Shown in pieces: positions 1-10,972 of a DNA stretch of 64,000 bases. The number at the start of each line of letters is the position of its first letter. Within the stretch, counting starts at the first letter, position 1. Source of the stretch: Candidatus Omnitrophota bacterium (lineage in GTDB: Bacteria; Omnitrophota; Gorgyraeia; Zapsychrales; Fredricksoniimonadaceae); NCBI GenBank assembly GCA_903944345.1, contig CAJARJ010000018.1, positions 45,933 through 109,932 on the forward strand, given 5' to 3'. The position numbers and the translations under genes are program-made. The notes beneath the pieces were generated by a model, which worked only from the letters and a program-made list of their open reading frames with translations, was not told the origin of the DNA and did not search any database.

Positions 1-461
1 CAACCAGCCTCTTCGGCAATCTGATGAAACTTCTTGGCATTCTGCGGGATACAACTTACAACGGCAGGAACTTTATGCTTCTTGATTTCTTCAATACGCT
101 TGGCAATCAGACTTTCCTTGACCGGCTTAGTGTAAAGACTCTGAATAAGCTTAGTGGCCTCATCCGGTGCCGATTCAGCAATCTGATCAAGAATTTCGTC
201 AGGATTTTCGTAGCGAGTCTGGACGCCATCCAGATTGATGGAAGCAATTCCGCCCATTTTCCCCATCTCGACGGCAAAACGAACATTGACAACCCCGTCC
301 ATAGAGGCCGCCAGAACGGGAATATCAAACTTCATTTTCCCGATCGACCAGGAAACATCCACTTCATTGGGATTAATGGTTTTATCCCCAGGGACAAGGG
401 CCACCTCATCAAAACCATAACAACGGCGTGCCCTGCGGTTGATGCCAATCCAATCGGCCAT
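1..461 (-). CDS. guaB3: GuaB3-family IMP dehydrogenase-related protein (5' part; runs off the window)
   Basis: Not in the ORF track. Read manually from ATG at 461 with a GGAGG RBS: MADWIGINRRARRCYGFDEVALVPGDKTINPNEVDVSW...IPVLAASMDGVV...MGGIASINLDGVQTRYENP, the typical GuaB3 N-terminus. Confidence 0.85.
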   Translation of the reverse strand, partial: MADWIGINRRARRCYGFDEVALVPGDKTINPNEVDVSWSIGKMKFDIPVLAASMDGVVNVRFAVEMGKMGGIASINLDGVQTRYENPDEILDQIAESAPDEATKLIQSLYTKPVKESLIAKRIEEIKKHKVPAVVSCIPQNAKKFHQIAEEAG

Positions 462-542
462 ATACGCAACCTCCAATATATCAATAAGTTACAACAAAAT
501 TACGCTTGAAGTCCGGGAATAGATAGATAAACACGTTTCTAT

Positions 543-570
543 ATCATATTAAAACAGGCCAAAAAGTCAA
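543..570 (-). promoter_or_regulatory. Putative sigma70 promoter for guaB3
   Basis: TTGACT-16 nt-TATGAT on the minus strand, about 80 nt upstream of the ATG. Confidence 0.5.
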
Positions 571-571
571 C

Positions 572-617
572 AGGAAAGAAAATCCCCCGGAAAAGAGTTG
601 CTTCTTTCCCGGGGGAT
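572..617 (-). terminator. Intrinsic terminator after groEL
   Basis: Stem ATCCCCCGG.AAAGA / TCTTT.CCGGGGGAT followed on the minus strand by TTTTCTTTCC. Confidence 0.8.
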
Positions 618-645
618 CAACTTAATGAAGACTGCCAGGCTCTGA

Positions 646-2310
<1,665 letters not shown>

Positions 2311-2360
2311 TTAGATTGTTTGCCCGGAGATACAGACCTGTCCGCACCCCCGGTTAACTC

Positions 2361-2651
2361 TTACTTGACGATCGCCAGAATTTCCTCTTCACGAATAATC
2401 AGGACAGGATTACCTTCCTTGTCCTTGATCTCTGTTCCGCTGTACTTGCCGTAAAGCACAACATCGCCGACCTTGACTTCCAGCGGCTGAAGCTGACCGT
2501 TGTCAGATATTTTGCCTTTGCCGACAGCAAGGATTTTACCTTCCTGAGGCTTCTCTTTTGCTGTGTCGGGAAGAACAATTCCGCCCTTGGTTACTTCTTC
2601 AGCATTAAGGGGCTGAACCACGACCCTGTCCGCTAATGGTTGAAGTTGCAC
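2361..2651 (-). CDS. groES: Co-chaperonin GroES
   Basis: [23 protein letters not shown]; GTG start with GGAGG RBS; directly upstream of groEL. Confidence 0.99.
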   Translation of the reverse strand: MQLQPLADRVVVQPLNAEEVTKGGIVLPDTAKEKPQEGKILAVGKGKISDNGQLQPLEVKVGDVVLYGKYSGTEIKDKEGNPVLIIREEEILAIVK

Positions 2652-2700
2652 TGAACACCTCCTGTTTAATTTTGTTGAACGAATATTCTTAAACTTGCTT

Positions 2701-2753
2701 TTAGCAGTTATCTACCTAGAGTGCTAAAATAGCCCAAAAAAATCTTTTGTCAA
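2701..2753 (-). promoter_or_regulatory. CIRCE (HrcA operator) overlapping the groESL promoter
   Basis: Minus strand TTAGCACTC-N9-AACTGCTAA at 2701-2727 (consensus TTAGCACTC-N9-GAGTGCTAA); TTGACA at 2748-2753. Confidence 0.9.
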
Positions 2754-2811
2754 GACAAAATTTTGGGAATTTTGCGGAAGAACAGAAAACAGCGACGGAA
2801 GGGAAAAACCG

Positions 2812-3315
2812 TTATTCGAGAATTTCGCTGTATTTCCTGAGCAGTCCATGTTCAACAGCACGAACATTTCCGTCGGCGCCAATATAATAAAGTGCTGGCA
2901 CACCGTAAACCAGATACTGCTCGGAGACGCTACCCTCTACATCCAGCAGAATAGTATAATCCGGGCGCTGAGCGGAGAAAAATTTTTCAACCCGGTCTTT
3001 CTGTTCTCCAATATCAATCAAAATAACCTCAATGCCTTCTTTGGAAAACTGCTCTTTGCTGGTTTGTATAGCAACCATCTGTTCGCGGCAATGCGGGCAC
3101 CAGGTCGCCCAAAAAAACAGAATAGCCTTTTTACCCTTGATCTGCTCAAGCAAGGAAACGTTCTCCCCCTGAAGTGATGTCAAAGTAAAGTCCGCAGCCG
3201 GCCGGCCAACCAAAGGGTGATCAAATGGCCCCTGGGCACGCACACACCCGGCTCCCGGAAGCAGAAAAGAAAAAAACAGCAACAACCCTAGCCACGCTCT
3301 CAAGGAAATTTTCAT
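2812..3315 (-). CDS. TlpA/ResA-family exported thiol-disulfide oxidoreductase
   Basis: FWATWCPHC, YGVP cis-Pro and an N-terminal signal sequence. Start moved to MKISLRAW. Confidence 0.9.
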   Translation of the reverse strand: MKISLRAWLGLLLFFSFLLPGAGCVRAQGPFDHPLVGRPAADFTLTSLQGENVSLLEQIKGKKAILFFWATWCPHCREQMVAIQTSKEQFSKEGIEVILIDIGEQKDRVEKFFSAQRPDYTILLDVEGSVSEQYLVYGVPALYYIGADGNVRAVEHGLLRKYSEILE

Positions 3316-3350
3316 AAGAACCCTTTCTATAAACCCGGGTTGAACCCCGG

Positions 3351-4028
3351 TCAAAAGAATAATTGTCCCGCTCGCAAGAAGAACCATTCTGCCAGACCCA
3401 GCAACAAAAATGCCAGCCATTTCCTGACTCGAACCATCCAAAGTCCGGACTTGGGCAGACTGGCCAGAAAGCCGCTGAATGTTCCGGCCAGAAGAAGCGA
3501 TGCTCCCATCCCGAGCGCAAAAACAAACAACAAAGAAACGCTAAAAAAGATATTCTCCCGGGAAGCCGTCAACACAAGCAAAGAACCCAGCACCGGAGCC
3601 GTACAGGGGCTCAAAATAAACCCGGAAACAAAACCCATGACAAACAAGGGCCAGAGGCCACGCCCGCGTATATCCCTGCCCCCCATAGCAAATGACGGCA
3701 AGGGCAACACATCAAACATGACCAGCGCAAAGAGCACCAGCAAATTCCCGGCGATAAATGGCGGCCAGAACGTATTCTGCAAACGACCGAACATCTGTCC
3801 GGAAATTGCGGCGAAAACAGCCAACAAACTGTAGGAACACGCCATCCCCAGCACATAAACCAAAGACAGAAAAAAACCTCTCAGCCGGGAACGGGAAACA
3901 TTGGCTCCAGCCACTATGGCGACCAGAACAGGAAGAACCGGATACACACACGGAGTAAAACTGACCAGAACCCCGGCAAAGAAAACTATCCCATAATCCA
4001 GCCATCCTCCCGTCAAAGGCATGATCAC
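3351..4028 (-). CDS. ccdA: CcdA/DsbD-type transmembrane electron carrier
   Basis: SFTPCVYPVLP and SPCTAPVLG Cys-Pro pair; about 6 TM; next to TlpA. Confidence 0.9.
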   Translation of the reverse strand: MIMPLTGGWLDYGIVFFAGVLVSFTPCVYPVLPVLVAIVAGANVSRSRLRGFFLSLVYVLGMACSYSLLAVFAAISGQMFGRLQNTFWPPFIAGNLLVLFALVMFDVLPLPSFAMGGRDIRGRGLWPLFVMGFVSGFILSPCTAPVLGSLLVLTASRENIFFSVSLLFVFALGMGASLLLAGTFSGFLASLPKSGLWMVRVRKWLAFLLLGLAEWFFLRAGQLFF

Positions 4029-4519
4029 TCCACCGCAACAATCGTCACGTCAAACCTGAGATCTTTACCTGCAAGAGGATGATTGAAATCCAGTTTGACT
4101 GTTTTATCCATTACTTCGACAATCGTACAGGGAAAACCGTTACCCTGCGGATCCTGCATTTCAAGAATAATTCCCGGTTCAGGAACCAGGTCCTGCGGCA
4201 ACCTGGAACGTTCAAACTCGCGCACCAGCTGGGGATTAATCTGACCATACCCCTCGACAGCCAGGACATCCACAGACTTTTTTTCATTAACCTTCATCCC
4301 CTCAAGCCCTTTTTCGAGACCGGGAATTAACATCCCCTGCCCCTGCGTGTATTCAAGCGGCTGCTTGCCCTCTGTTGACTCGACCACCTGACCATCGACA
4401 ATCAACGTATACTCCAGCTTGACTTTCCGATCCTTGGCAATCGAAATCTCCTGTGCCTGAAGTGACGCGGCATTTGCTCCCAAAGCCAACACCATAATAA
4501 CTGCAGCCATCATCCTCAT
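4025..4519 (-). CDS. SlyD-like FKBP-type peptidyl-prolyl isomerase with signal peptide
   Basis: LIPGLEKGLEGM, DFNHPLAGKDLRF and an insert-in-flap region; hydrophobic N-terminus ending in AxA; no His-rich tail. Confidence 0.88.
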   Translation of the reverse strand: MRMMAAVIMVLALGANAASLQAQEISIAKDRKVKLEYTLIVDGQVVESTEGKQPLEYTQGQGMLIPGLEKGLEGMKVNEKKSVDVLAVEGYGQINPQLVREFERSRLPQDLVPEPGIILEMQDPQGNGFPCTIVEVMDKTVKLDFNHPLAGKDLRFDVTIVAVE

Positions 4520-4646
4520 GCCTTCCCCCTCGTAGTTATTATTAAAAACGCCGCCCGCCATTTTTTGCGGACAGCACTGCTTGTTTTCCAAACAAACAGC
4601 ATACCAACCCGAAACCATCACCTTGTCGCTTCCCGTCCATACCGCA

Positions 4647-6188
4647 CTACGGCGTAGCGGAAACCGCGGGCCTGACCCGATAACCCAGAATTTCCCCGCT
4701 CACATCACTAAAAAGCACCGACAAAGGCAAAGCGTTGCGCAAAGCGATCCATTCGCCGTGTTCGTTCCCGCTCGTCCCAAAAATCACCGCAACAGCTCGG
4801 CGGGAAAGAAAATCTTCCCGGACATGCTCCATTGGCGACAAATAAGAAATATCTTCTCCAGGAGAAGGGATTTTGATGGCTGATCGACCGGCAAAATAAT
4901 AAAAACGGGAAATGTCATTCGTATAGACAGGCACATTATCCGCCAGCGAACGGACTGTTTCCGCTATTCCGGTTTTAGCATTTGCGGATACACTCTTTCG
5001 GTATTGCCCTCGCAGCATATCCTTAACCAGGCTGGCTGTACGCAAAAAACCTACCGCCAGCAAAACAACCACAAACAGCGCGCTAAAACCGCGCAGTCGC
5101 TTCCCCGAACTTTTCAGCTGCTGATGATCCAGCAGAAGCGGGGCAACAATCATCAAAAGCACGCAAACCGGAAGAACTTCTTTCCAAGTGACCAGAAACT
5201 TCTCGTCCCAGAAAAGCCCAGCCGCAAACAACCCCATCAGATATAAAAGAGAAAAAACACCAAAAACCTGTCCGGCCGCAAAAAAGCGCGGATTTTCAAC
5301 TCTGATCAACTCAATAGCCCGGGGACGCAGAAACATATACCCCAAAAAGGCAAGAAAAACTCCCAAAACAACCCAACGCAACGGCCAGGGCACAAACGCC
5401 GGCAGCAAATAAACCGAAAGGGCGTCGGGAATATTCGCCAGCTTATCCAGTGACAACGGATACACGGACATCTGCCTGCCTGCAATACCTCCGTCTATTA
5501 AACAGCAACGGACAAACCAGAAAAACGGGAGCAGAGAAGATACCATAAAATAAAGCAAGCCGTAATAAAATTTCTCCCGTCTCAAGCCAAGCACCAGCAA
5601 AGCGGAAAAAATCAGTAAAACACCGGCATAAGAGGTCAACGCCGCCAAAGCGGCCAAAGCGGCCGCTGCCAGAAGATGCCACGTCGTTCTTGTCGAACAA
5701 TACGACGTTAGCATCCACAAAGAAGACAGCGTAAAAGCCAGAAACAGCGGCTGGGCAAGAATGCTCATGTGAGCTTCAGCCATACAAACCGAAAGTAGTG
5801 CCAAAAGCCCCGTAAGCAATGCCGAACGACGACGTCCAGTCAGATAAAAAGCCGCCATTGTCATCAAAAAAACATTCCCGGCCCATAGCAAAGCGTTAAA
5901 GCGCAAACCCCAGGTCGGAAAATCCATACCAAAAAAATTTCCGAACGAAAGAAAAAACGGATACAAAGGAGGTTGCGCCGTCATCCCCTCCAGACTGCCC
6001 GCAGAGGAAAAAAGGGAAAACCCATGCCCGCGAACAAGATTCCTGGCCACCTGAAGATAATCCAGCGAAACCTCGGCAAGGCCAGGCCCCGAAGTCGATC
6101 CGGCAACCAAGGCGACAATAAACGCCGTAAAAGCAATCCAGGCCGCCATCCAGATTGAACGATTACCTTCATTCTTCATATTTTTCAT
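4647..6188 (-). CDS. Multi-TM GT-C-like (ArnT/PMT-like) glycosyltransferase
   Basis: Y..VARNL..GHG, QPPLYPFFL and 10-13 TM segments. Confidence 0.6.
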   Translation of the reverse strand: MKNMKNEGNRSIWMAAWIAFTAFIVALVAGSTSGPGLAEVSLDYLQVARNLVRGHGFSLFSSAGSLEGMTAQPPLYPFFLSFGNFFGMDFPTWGLRFNALLWAGNVFLMTMAAFYLTGRRRSALLTGLLALLSVCMAEAHMSILAQPLFLAFTLSSLWMLTSYCSTRTTWHLLAAAALAALAALTSYAGVLLIFSALLVLGLRREKFYYGLLYFMVSSLLPFFWFVRCCLIDGGIAGRQMSVYPLSLDKLANIPDALSVYLLPAFVPWPLRWVVLGVFLAFLGYMFLRPRAIELIRVENPRFFAAGQVFGVFSLLYLMGLFAAGLFWDEKFLVTWKEVLPVCVLLMIVAPLLLDHQQLKSSGKRLRGFSALFVVVLLAVGFLRTASLVKDMLRGQYRKSVSANAKTGIAETVRSLADNVPVYTNDISRFYYFAGRSAIKIPSPGEDISYLSPMEHVREDFLSRRAVAVIFGTSGNEHGEWIALRNALPLSVLFSDVSGEILGYRVRPAVSATP

Positions 6189-7413
6189 AAGCCACCGCCA
6201 TCAAAAGGTTAATCAATTCCTCGTTAAGCTTCCTCATATTGTACTGCCGCTCAATAATTTCCCTGGCCTGCGCAGCCACCGTCTGGGCCAGCGCAGGATT
6301 CTGCCAGACCAAACGCAGTCCATCGCGCAACGCCAGAGGATCTGACGAATTGACAAGAAAACCGGTTTTGCGATCTTCCACCAGCTCACGGATCCCTCCG
6401 CTGCGGGTCGTCACAACAGGAACTCCACTGGCCATGGCTTCCATCAAAACAACAGGAATGCCATCCTCATCGTCATTGAGCGACAACAGCCCAGGGGCCA
6501 GGAATAAATCCGCATCTTTCAGATAACGATGGATAGATCCTGAATCCTGCCAACCGGCAAAACGCACACAATCAAGAATCTTTTCACGACCGGCCAACAC
6601 TCTTAACTGATCACGCAAAGGACCATCTCCAATAATGGTATACTCGCAAACGATTCCGTCACGAACAAGTTTTCCTACCGCCTCCAAAGCACAGGCAATT
6701 CCTTTTTTTTCTACCAGACAGGCAACCGATAAAATTCGCAATGGCACCGTACCAAAACGTTTACGTGTTGCGCCTCCAAAACAGGAAAGATCAACACCAG
6801 CCCGATGGACTCGAATTTTCTTCGCAGGACAGCCAGACTCCAGAAGCCGCTCCTCGGAAAAACGACTTGCCGGCAAAAAAAGGCTCACCCGCGAAAAAAT
6901 TTTGGAGGAAACCTTTAGAACCTTGCCGTCCCCCCCTAAGGGAATATCATCACCACGCAAGGCTGATACCAACCGCCCGGTTATAGCCCCGATTTCCTTC
7001 ATCTGAATAACAGTCAACATATCCTGCCAGGAATGACAATAGACAATATCATGATCCCTGATCGCAAGAAACGACTGCATCCGAAAAAAAAGACGCAAAG
7101 ATAAAGCTTCCTGCCCGTAACGCCGGATATTCAACGACCTGAGAGCTGGAACAGGCGCTTGCAGCAATGTTACCAAAAAAAGAACCAGAAAACGCAAAAT
7201 CCGCGCTAACCAGAATTTCGGCATCTCGTTAAAGAAACGGACATGCGAAAGCAACCCGGAACGAATGACATCCTCATGTACAATCAGATCAGAGGATCGC
7301 GCACCGGCATAAATTCTTAAATAATGCCCTTGATCCAGCAAACCAGTAATTTGATTCAGAATAAATGTTTCCGATAAGGATGGAAACGTTCCGACAACAA
7401 AACAAATCTTCAT
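6169..7413 (-). CDS. GT4 glycosyltransferase, WcaL-like
   Basis: FPSLSETFILNQITGL, LVEKKG, DGIPVVLMEAMASGVPVVTT. Start moved to MKICFVV. Confidence 0.9.
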   Translation of the reverse strand: MKICFVVGTFPSLSETFILNQITGLLDQGHYLRIYAGARSSDLIVHEDVIRSGLLSHVRFFNEMPKFWLARILRFLVLFLVTLLQAPVPALRSLNIRRYGQEALSLRLFFRMQSFLAIRDHDIVYCHSWQDMLTVIQMKEIGAITGRLVSALRGDDIPLGGDGKVLKVSSKIFSRVSLFLPASRFSEERLLESGCPAKKIRVHRAGVDLSCFGGATRKRFGTVPLRILSVACLVEKKGIACALEAVGKLVRDGIVCEYTIIGDGPLRDQLRVLAGREKILDCVRFAGWQDSGSIHRYLKDADLFLAPGLLSLNDDEDGIPVVLMEAMASGVPVVTTRSGGIRELVEDRKTGFLVNSSDPLALRDGLRLVWQNPALAQTVAAQAREIIERQYNMRKLNEELINLLMAVAYEKYEE

Positions 7414-7462
7414 ATTTTTTGCGACCCGCTGTTGGCACCCAACCTTGTGAGGAGACAGCAAT

Positions 7463-8413
7463 CTATTTTGAAACAACCCCCTCACAGGCTCTAAGCCGCT
7501 CTGCTGTTTCATTCTTCAAAGCAGCAATAATACTCTCATATTGCTTCTTCAAAGCCGCAGATTTGCGCTCAGCCCGGATGGATGACTTGACTGCCAATCG
7601 CATAACCCCTTGAGCTTCAGCAACTTTATTCCGAGCAGATTCTTCGATGTCCCTGATTCTTGGCGGTCTTGGATCGTTGACGACTTTCTTTTGGCTTACG
7701 GTAAGCTTTTGATTTGTTTGTTTGAGTTCCTGCGTTAAAGTCGCCAGCCGGTCTTCCAAGGGCTTGGAGGCAGCGCGAACCTTTTCATTAACCAATGTCT
7801 GCTCCGCATTCAACCGTGCTTGTAAATCCAGCACTTTCTTGTCGTAACCCTCCCGCTCCCTGGCCAGGCGTTGATCGCAACGCGAAGACGCGCCACGCGA
7901 TTCTTCAGTAAGCCTCGCCAAAGCCTTCTGCAAAGCTTCCTTCTCTTCACGAAACTTCTTGAACTCAAGCTGTAACTGCCCGCTTTCCCTGCGCACGGCC
8001 TCAAGGCGAGACTCTTTTTGTTCCAGCATCAAAGTCTGCACTTCTGTTTTACGAGTATAATCAGCCAGTTTACGCTGCCAGAGAATGTTGTTCTGTGAAA
8101 GAGACTGCTCCGATTCCTGGCGCTGCGAAGCAAGAGCTTTTTGCAAATCCGCGACCTTTAGCTGCAAATGCAGCTTTTCCTGTGAAAGAGCCTGTTCACG
8201 CGCAAGAGCTTGCTCTTTCTCGACCAATAAAGCCTTCATCTCCAAATCCTTGTCGGCAATCTGAACCTGGACTTTCCTGAATTCTTCCTGCAAAAAAAAC
8301 AACTCATCCTGCAAAAGAAATTCGGCATCCCCGGAAGCATAAACCATTCCGGAAGACCCCGCTATCAGGCCGACAGAAAGAACCAGTCTTAACAAAAAGC
8401 AGCCATTTTTCAT
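7463..8413 (-). CDS. Exported coiled-coil hypothetical protein
   Basis: Signal-like N-terminus followed by a long E/K/Q/L heptad-rich region. Confidence 0.7.
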   Translation of the reverse strand: MKNGCFLLRLVLSVGLIAGSSGMVYASGDAEFLLQDELFFLQEEFRKVQVQIADKDLEMKALLVEKEQALAREQALSQEKLHLQLKVADLQKALASQRQESEQSLSQNNILWQRKLADYTRKTEVQTLMLEQKESRLEAVRRESGQLQLEFKKFREEKEALQKALARLTEESRGASSRCDQRLAREREGYDKKVLDLQARLNAEQTLVNEKVRAASKPLEDRLATLTQELKQTNQKLTVSQKKVVNDPRPPRIRDIEESARNKVAEAQGVMRLAVKSSIRAERKSAALKKQYESIIAALKNETAERLRACEGVVSK

Positions 8414-8524
8414 ATATTTCTTCTGATACACAGCAAACTTGTCTACCCCGGGTTTGCTTCATGATACCGCTTGTAACGACGCGAGGCAACGTGAAACTGA
8501 TATAATAATTAACCCTAATCTGCT

Positions 8525-9502
8525 TCAGGGTGCCAAAAAGAAAGCATCAGTTCCCCGGGAAAGAACCGGGGTTGTCGCCAGGAGAACCAGCTGCAACCGA
8601 GCCCAACGATCCTGCGGATGCACAGCGATGCGCTCACGCAAGGTTTGTGCCGCCCGTTCACTGCGCTCCTGATAAAGCCCATTGGGGATATCGGCTTTTT
8701 TGTCCCAACCATAATAAAATCCCTGATACAATAAGCGCCAAAAGACAAATATTTCAACCAGCAACGGTGAATAGACACCCTCTTCAATAAATGTCCCGAG
8801 CCAATCAATACATTCCCGCTCGATTTCACGAGTACTGGAGCCTCCCCGGTCTTTGAGAACAGAACGCACAAGGCGCAAAAGCACGCTACCCCGCCAGTCC
8901 AGACCTTGCGAACTGCCCAGCAACTCCTTCAGCACAACGCACGACTCCTCGTACTTCTTTTCTTCCAAAAGAGCAGCTCCTTTAAGAAATTCCACCCGCG
9001 GCCGACCTTCGGGAAACAGCCGCAACTCCTCGTCCCAGGGATCAATGTTGTTCTCCTGACGAAAGAAAGACTCCCCGGTTGTCAAGGCATCCAGCACCTT
9101 CTCCCGGAGCGCTGTCCTCTTTATTTGCAAGAGCCCCTCGTAAACTCCCATATGCTCCGGAAATCCTTCACGAAACTTACGCGTATAAGCGGCCAGAGCT
9201 TCAATGTAAACAATAAGATCCCGGCGAATTCCGGCGAATTCATCCGTAAGATGAAGGCTCGCCGCCTCTGCCCTGATATGGCCAAGCTGTCCGAGCGCTT
9301 TCTGCGTTTCATCCTCCCAGAAGCCCGTGGAGCCTTGACGATAACGTGCGAACCTTTCCATATCCGTCCGCACAGCTTCTATCCGATTGACATAAAAACA
9401 CAGCGTGATCAAAGGATTTTCCGGCTCTGCCTGATTCACAGCGAAAGCAGATAAAGGGAAAACACACAATGCGATAAAGAAAAAGGAAATAAAACGCATC
9501 AT
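8525..9502 (-). CDS. Exported helical (TPR-like) hypothetical protein
   Basis: Signal peptide ending AFA; 4-nt overlap with the mntP stop codon. Confidence 0.65.
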   Translation of the reverse strand: MMRFISFFFIALCVFPLSAFAVNQAEPENPLITLCFYVNRIEAVRTDMERFARYRQGSTGFWEDETQKALGQLGHIRAEAASLHLTDEFAGIRRDLIVYIEALAAYTRKFREGFPEHMGVYEGLLQIKRTALREKVLDALTTGESFFRQENNIDPWDEELRLFPEGRPRVEFLKGAALLEEKKYEESCVVLKELLGSSQGLDWRGSVLLRLVRSVLKDRGGSSTREIERECIDWLGTFIEEGVYSPLLVEIFVFWRLLYQGFYYGWDKKADIPNGLYQERSERAAQTLRERIAVHPQDRWARLQLVLLATTPVLSRGTDAFFLAP

Positions 9503-10059
9503 ATTCCAAGATGTTCAATTAAAACCCGAATCCCAAGCCCCAGCAGAATAAGACCGCCCAGAAACTCGGCCTGACGTCCCAAGCGGCAGGAACACCATTG
9601 ACCAATAAAAACGCCGGTGAATGCCACCCAAAACGTCACCGCCCCGATCACCGCAACCGCCACCCACAGCGGATAATCCATAAAAACCAGGCTAATCCCG
9701 GCTGCGAAAGCATCGACGGAAGTCGCCAGCGATAAAACCAGAAGCCTGCGGCGAGTCATGGGTTCGTTACGGCCATCGCAATCTTTTTCGAACGATTCAT
9801 AAAGCATTTTTGCCCCAACCAAAGCCAGAAGAGAAAAAACAATCCAGTGGTCATACGCTTCAATCAAATCCCGGCAAGTGTCAGCAAGAAGTCCACCGGC
9901 CAGCGGCATCATCATCTGAAAGAAAGCGAAACTGGCACCAATTCTCAAGGCATGTCCAACCCGACCGGAACGCAAGGAACTTCCGGCTCCCACAGATACG
10001 GCCAAAGTGTCCATTGATAAACCCAAGGCTACCAAAACAAGCATCCACAAAGAAATCAC
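9499..10059 (-). CDS. mntP: Manganese efflux pump MntP
   Basis: ALGLSMDTLAVS and SLATSVDAFAAG repeats, DHWIVF, AEFLGG. Confidence 0.92.
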   Translation of the reverse strand: MISLWMLVLVALGLSMDTLAVSVGAGSSLRSGRVGHALRIGASFAFFQMMMPLAGGLLADTCRDLIEAYDHWIVFSLLALVGAKMLYESFEKDCDGRNEPMTRRRLLVLSLATSVDAFAAGISLVFMDYPLWVAVAVIGAVTFWVAFTGVFIGQWCSCRLGRQAEFLGGLILLGLGIRVLIEHLGI

Positions 10060-10109
10060 AATTCCCCTTCCGCGATCAAAGTTTTTATACCAAACAATAC
10101 CGTATCAAG

Positions 10110-10145
10110 CAGAAAGGGGAACGGTTTTATCCATTCCCCTTTCTG
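10110..10145 (-). terminator. Hairpin after csp (probable terminator)
   Basis: Stem CAGAAAGGGGAA / TTCCCCTTTCTG; the U-tract is weak. Confidence 0.55.
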
Positions 10146-10169
10146 TGCAGGCTGTCAACAACAACAGTC

Positions 10170-10412
10170 TTACATATCCATACGACGGGACGGCTTGGTG
10201 TCAGCCGGCGGGTTCAGACGGACAACATTCACGGCTTTAGGTCCGCGAGTATCTTCCTGAACCTCGAACTCCACCTCTTCTCCGTCAACAAGGTACTTAT
10301 ATCCGTCACCGGTGATACCGCTGTAATGGACATAAACGTCCTTACCGTCGGTCATCGTCACGAAACCATACCCCTTTTTCCTGTCGAACCACTTGACTTT
10401 ACCTGTTTGCAT
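10170..10412 (-). CDS. csp: Cold-shock domain protein
   Basis: GKVKWF..KGYGFV, DVYVHYS, GPKAVNV. Confidence 0.95.
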   Translation of the reverse strand: MQTGKVKWFDRKKGYGFVTMTDGKDVYVHYSGITGDGYKYLVDGEEVEFEVQEDTRGPKAVNVVRLNPPADTKPSRRMDM

Positions 10413-10497
10413 ATGCTTCTCTTTCTTTGATACGTTGATACGGTCCTGCAACCTCTGCCTATCAGAGGATCGATCCGGTGTTATTCACGCAAAGCAT

Positions 10498-10854
10498 TTA
10501 TTCAGCTGCCTCAGCCGCGACAGGGACTTCGGTTCCTTTTTCTTCCTTAACTAAGGTAGAAATCGAACGCTTGCCATCCTTCTCGACGTAATCAATGACA
10601 ATATCATCATTAACAGCCAGATCGGTCAGCGCATTAATATTGCCGAACTCGGTCTCGGCAGTAACGGCATACACAACATTGACATCCGCATCATTGGCAA
10701 AATCGTATTCCTTGATCGTAACCTGGCCCTCTGCGATAGCCACAACTGTACCAAAAGAAAACTTGTCGTTGTCATCTTCCTGAGCACGGGATATATTAAC
10801 ATTGACCAGCACAAAACTCAAAAACAAAAACATAACTGCCATCAATTTCCTCAT
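10498..10854 (-). CDS. Small exported acidic beta-rich hypothetical protein
   Basis: Signal peptide; GTVVAI...VTIK and DL.V.DDIVIDY pattern; lies downstream of the two-component pair. Confidence 0.7.
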   Translation of the reverse strand: MRKLMAVMFLFLSFVLVNVNISRAQEDDNDKFSFGTVVAIAEGQVTIKEYDFANDADVNVVYAVTAETEFGNINALTDLAVNDDIVIDYVEKDGKRSISTLVKEEKGTEVPVAAEAAE

Positions 10855-10972
10855 AACACACCCTTTCTTGAGGGGAAACATGATTGTTTCTCGCCCCTTG
10901 TTGTTTAACAAATTCATGACTTACTGCTTTGAATTATATCATTACAGGGATGAAAGCAAGATGAAAGAAAAA

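Noticed and set aside
24-509. 161-aa plus-strand ORF
   Set aside because: Antisense shadow of the guaB3-like gene, which has family motifs and an RBS.
10060-10169. Possible yybP-ykoY Mn riboswitch upstream of mntP
   Set aside because: Only a simple hairpin is visible. I could not find the four-way junction or conserved loops, so it is better explained as the csp terminator.
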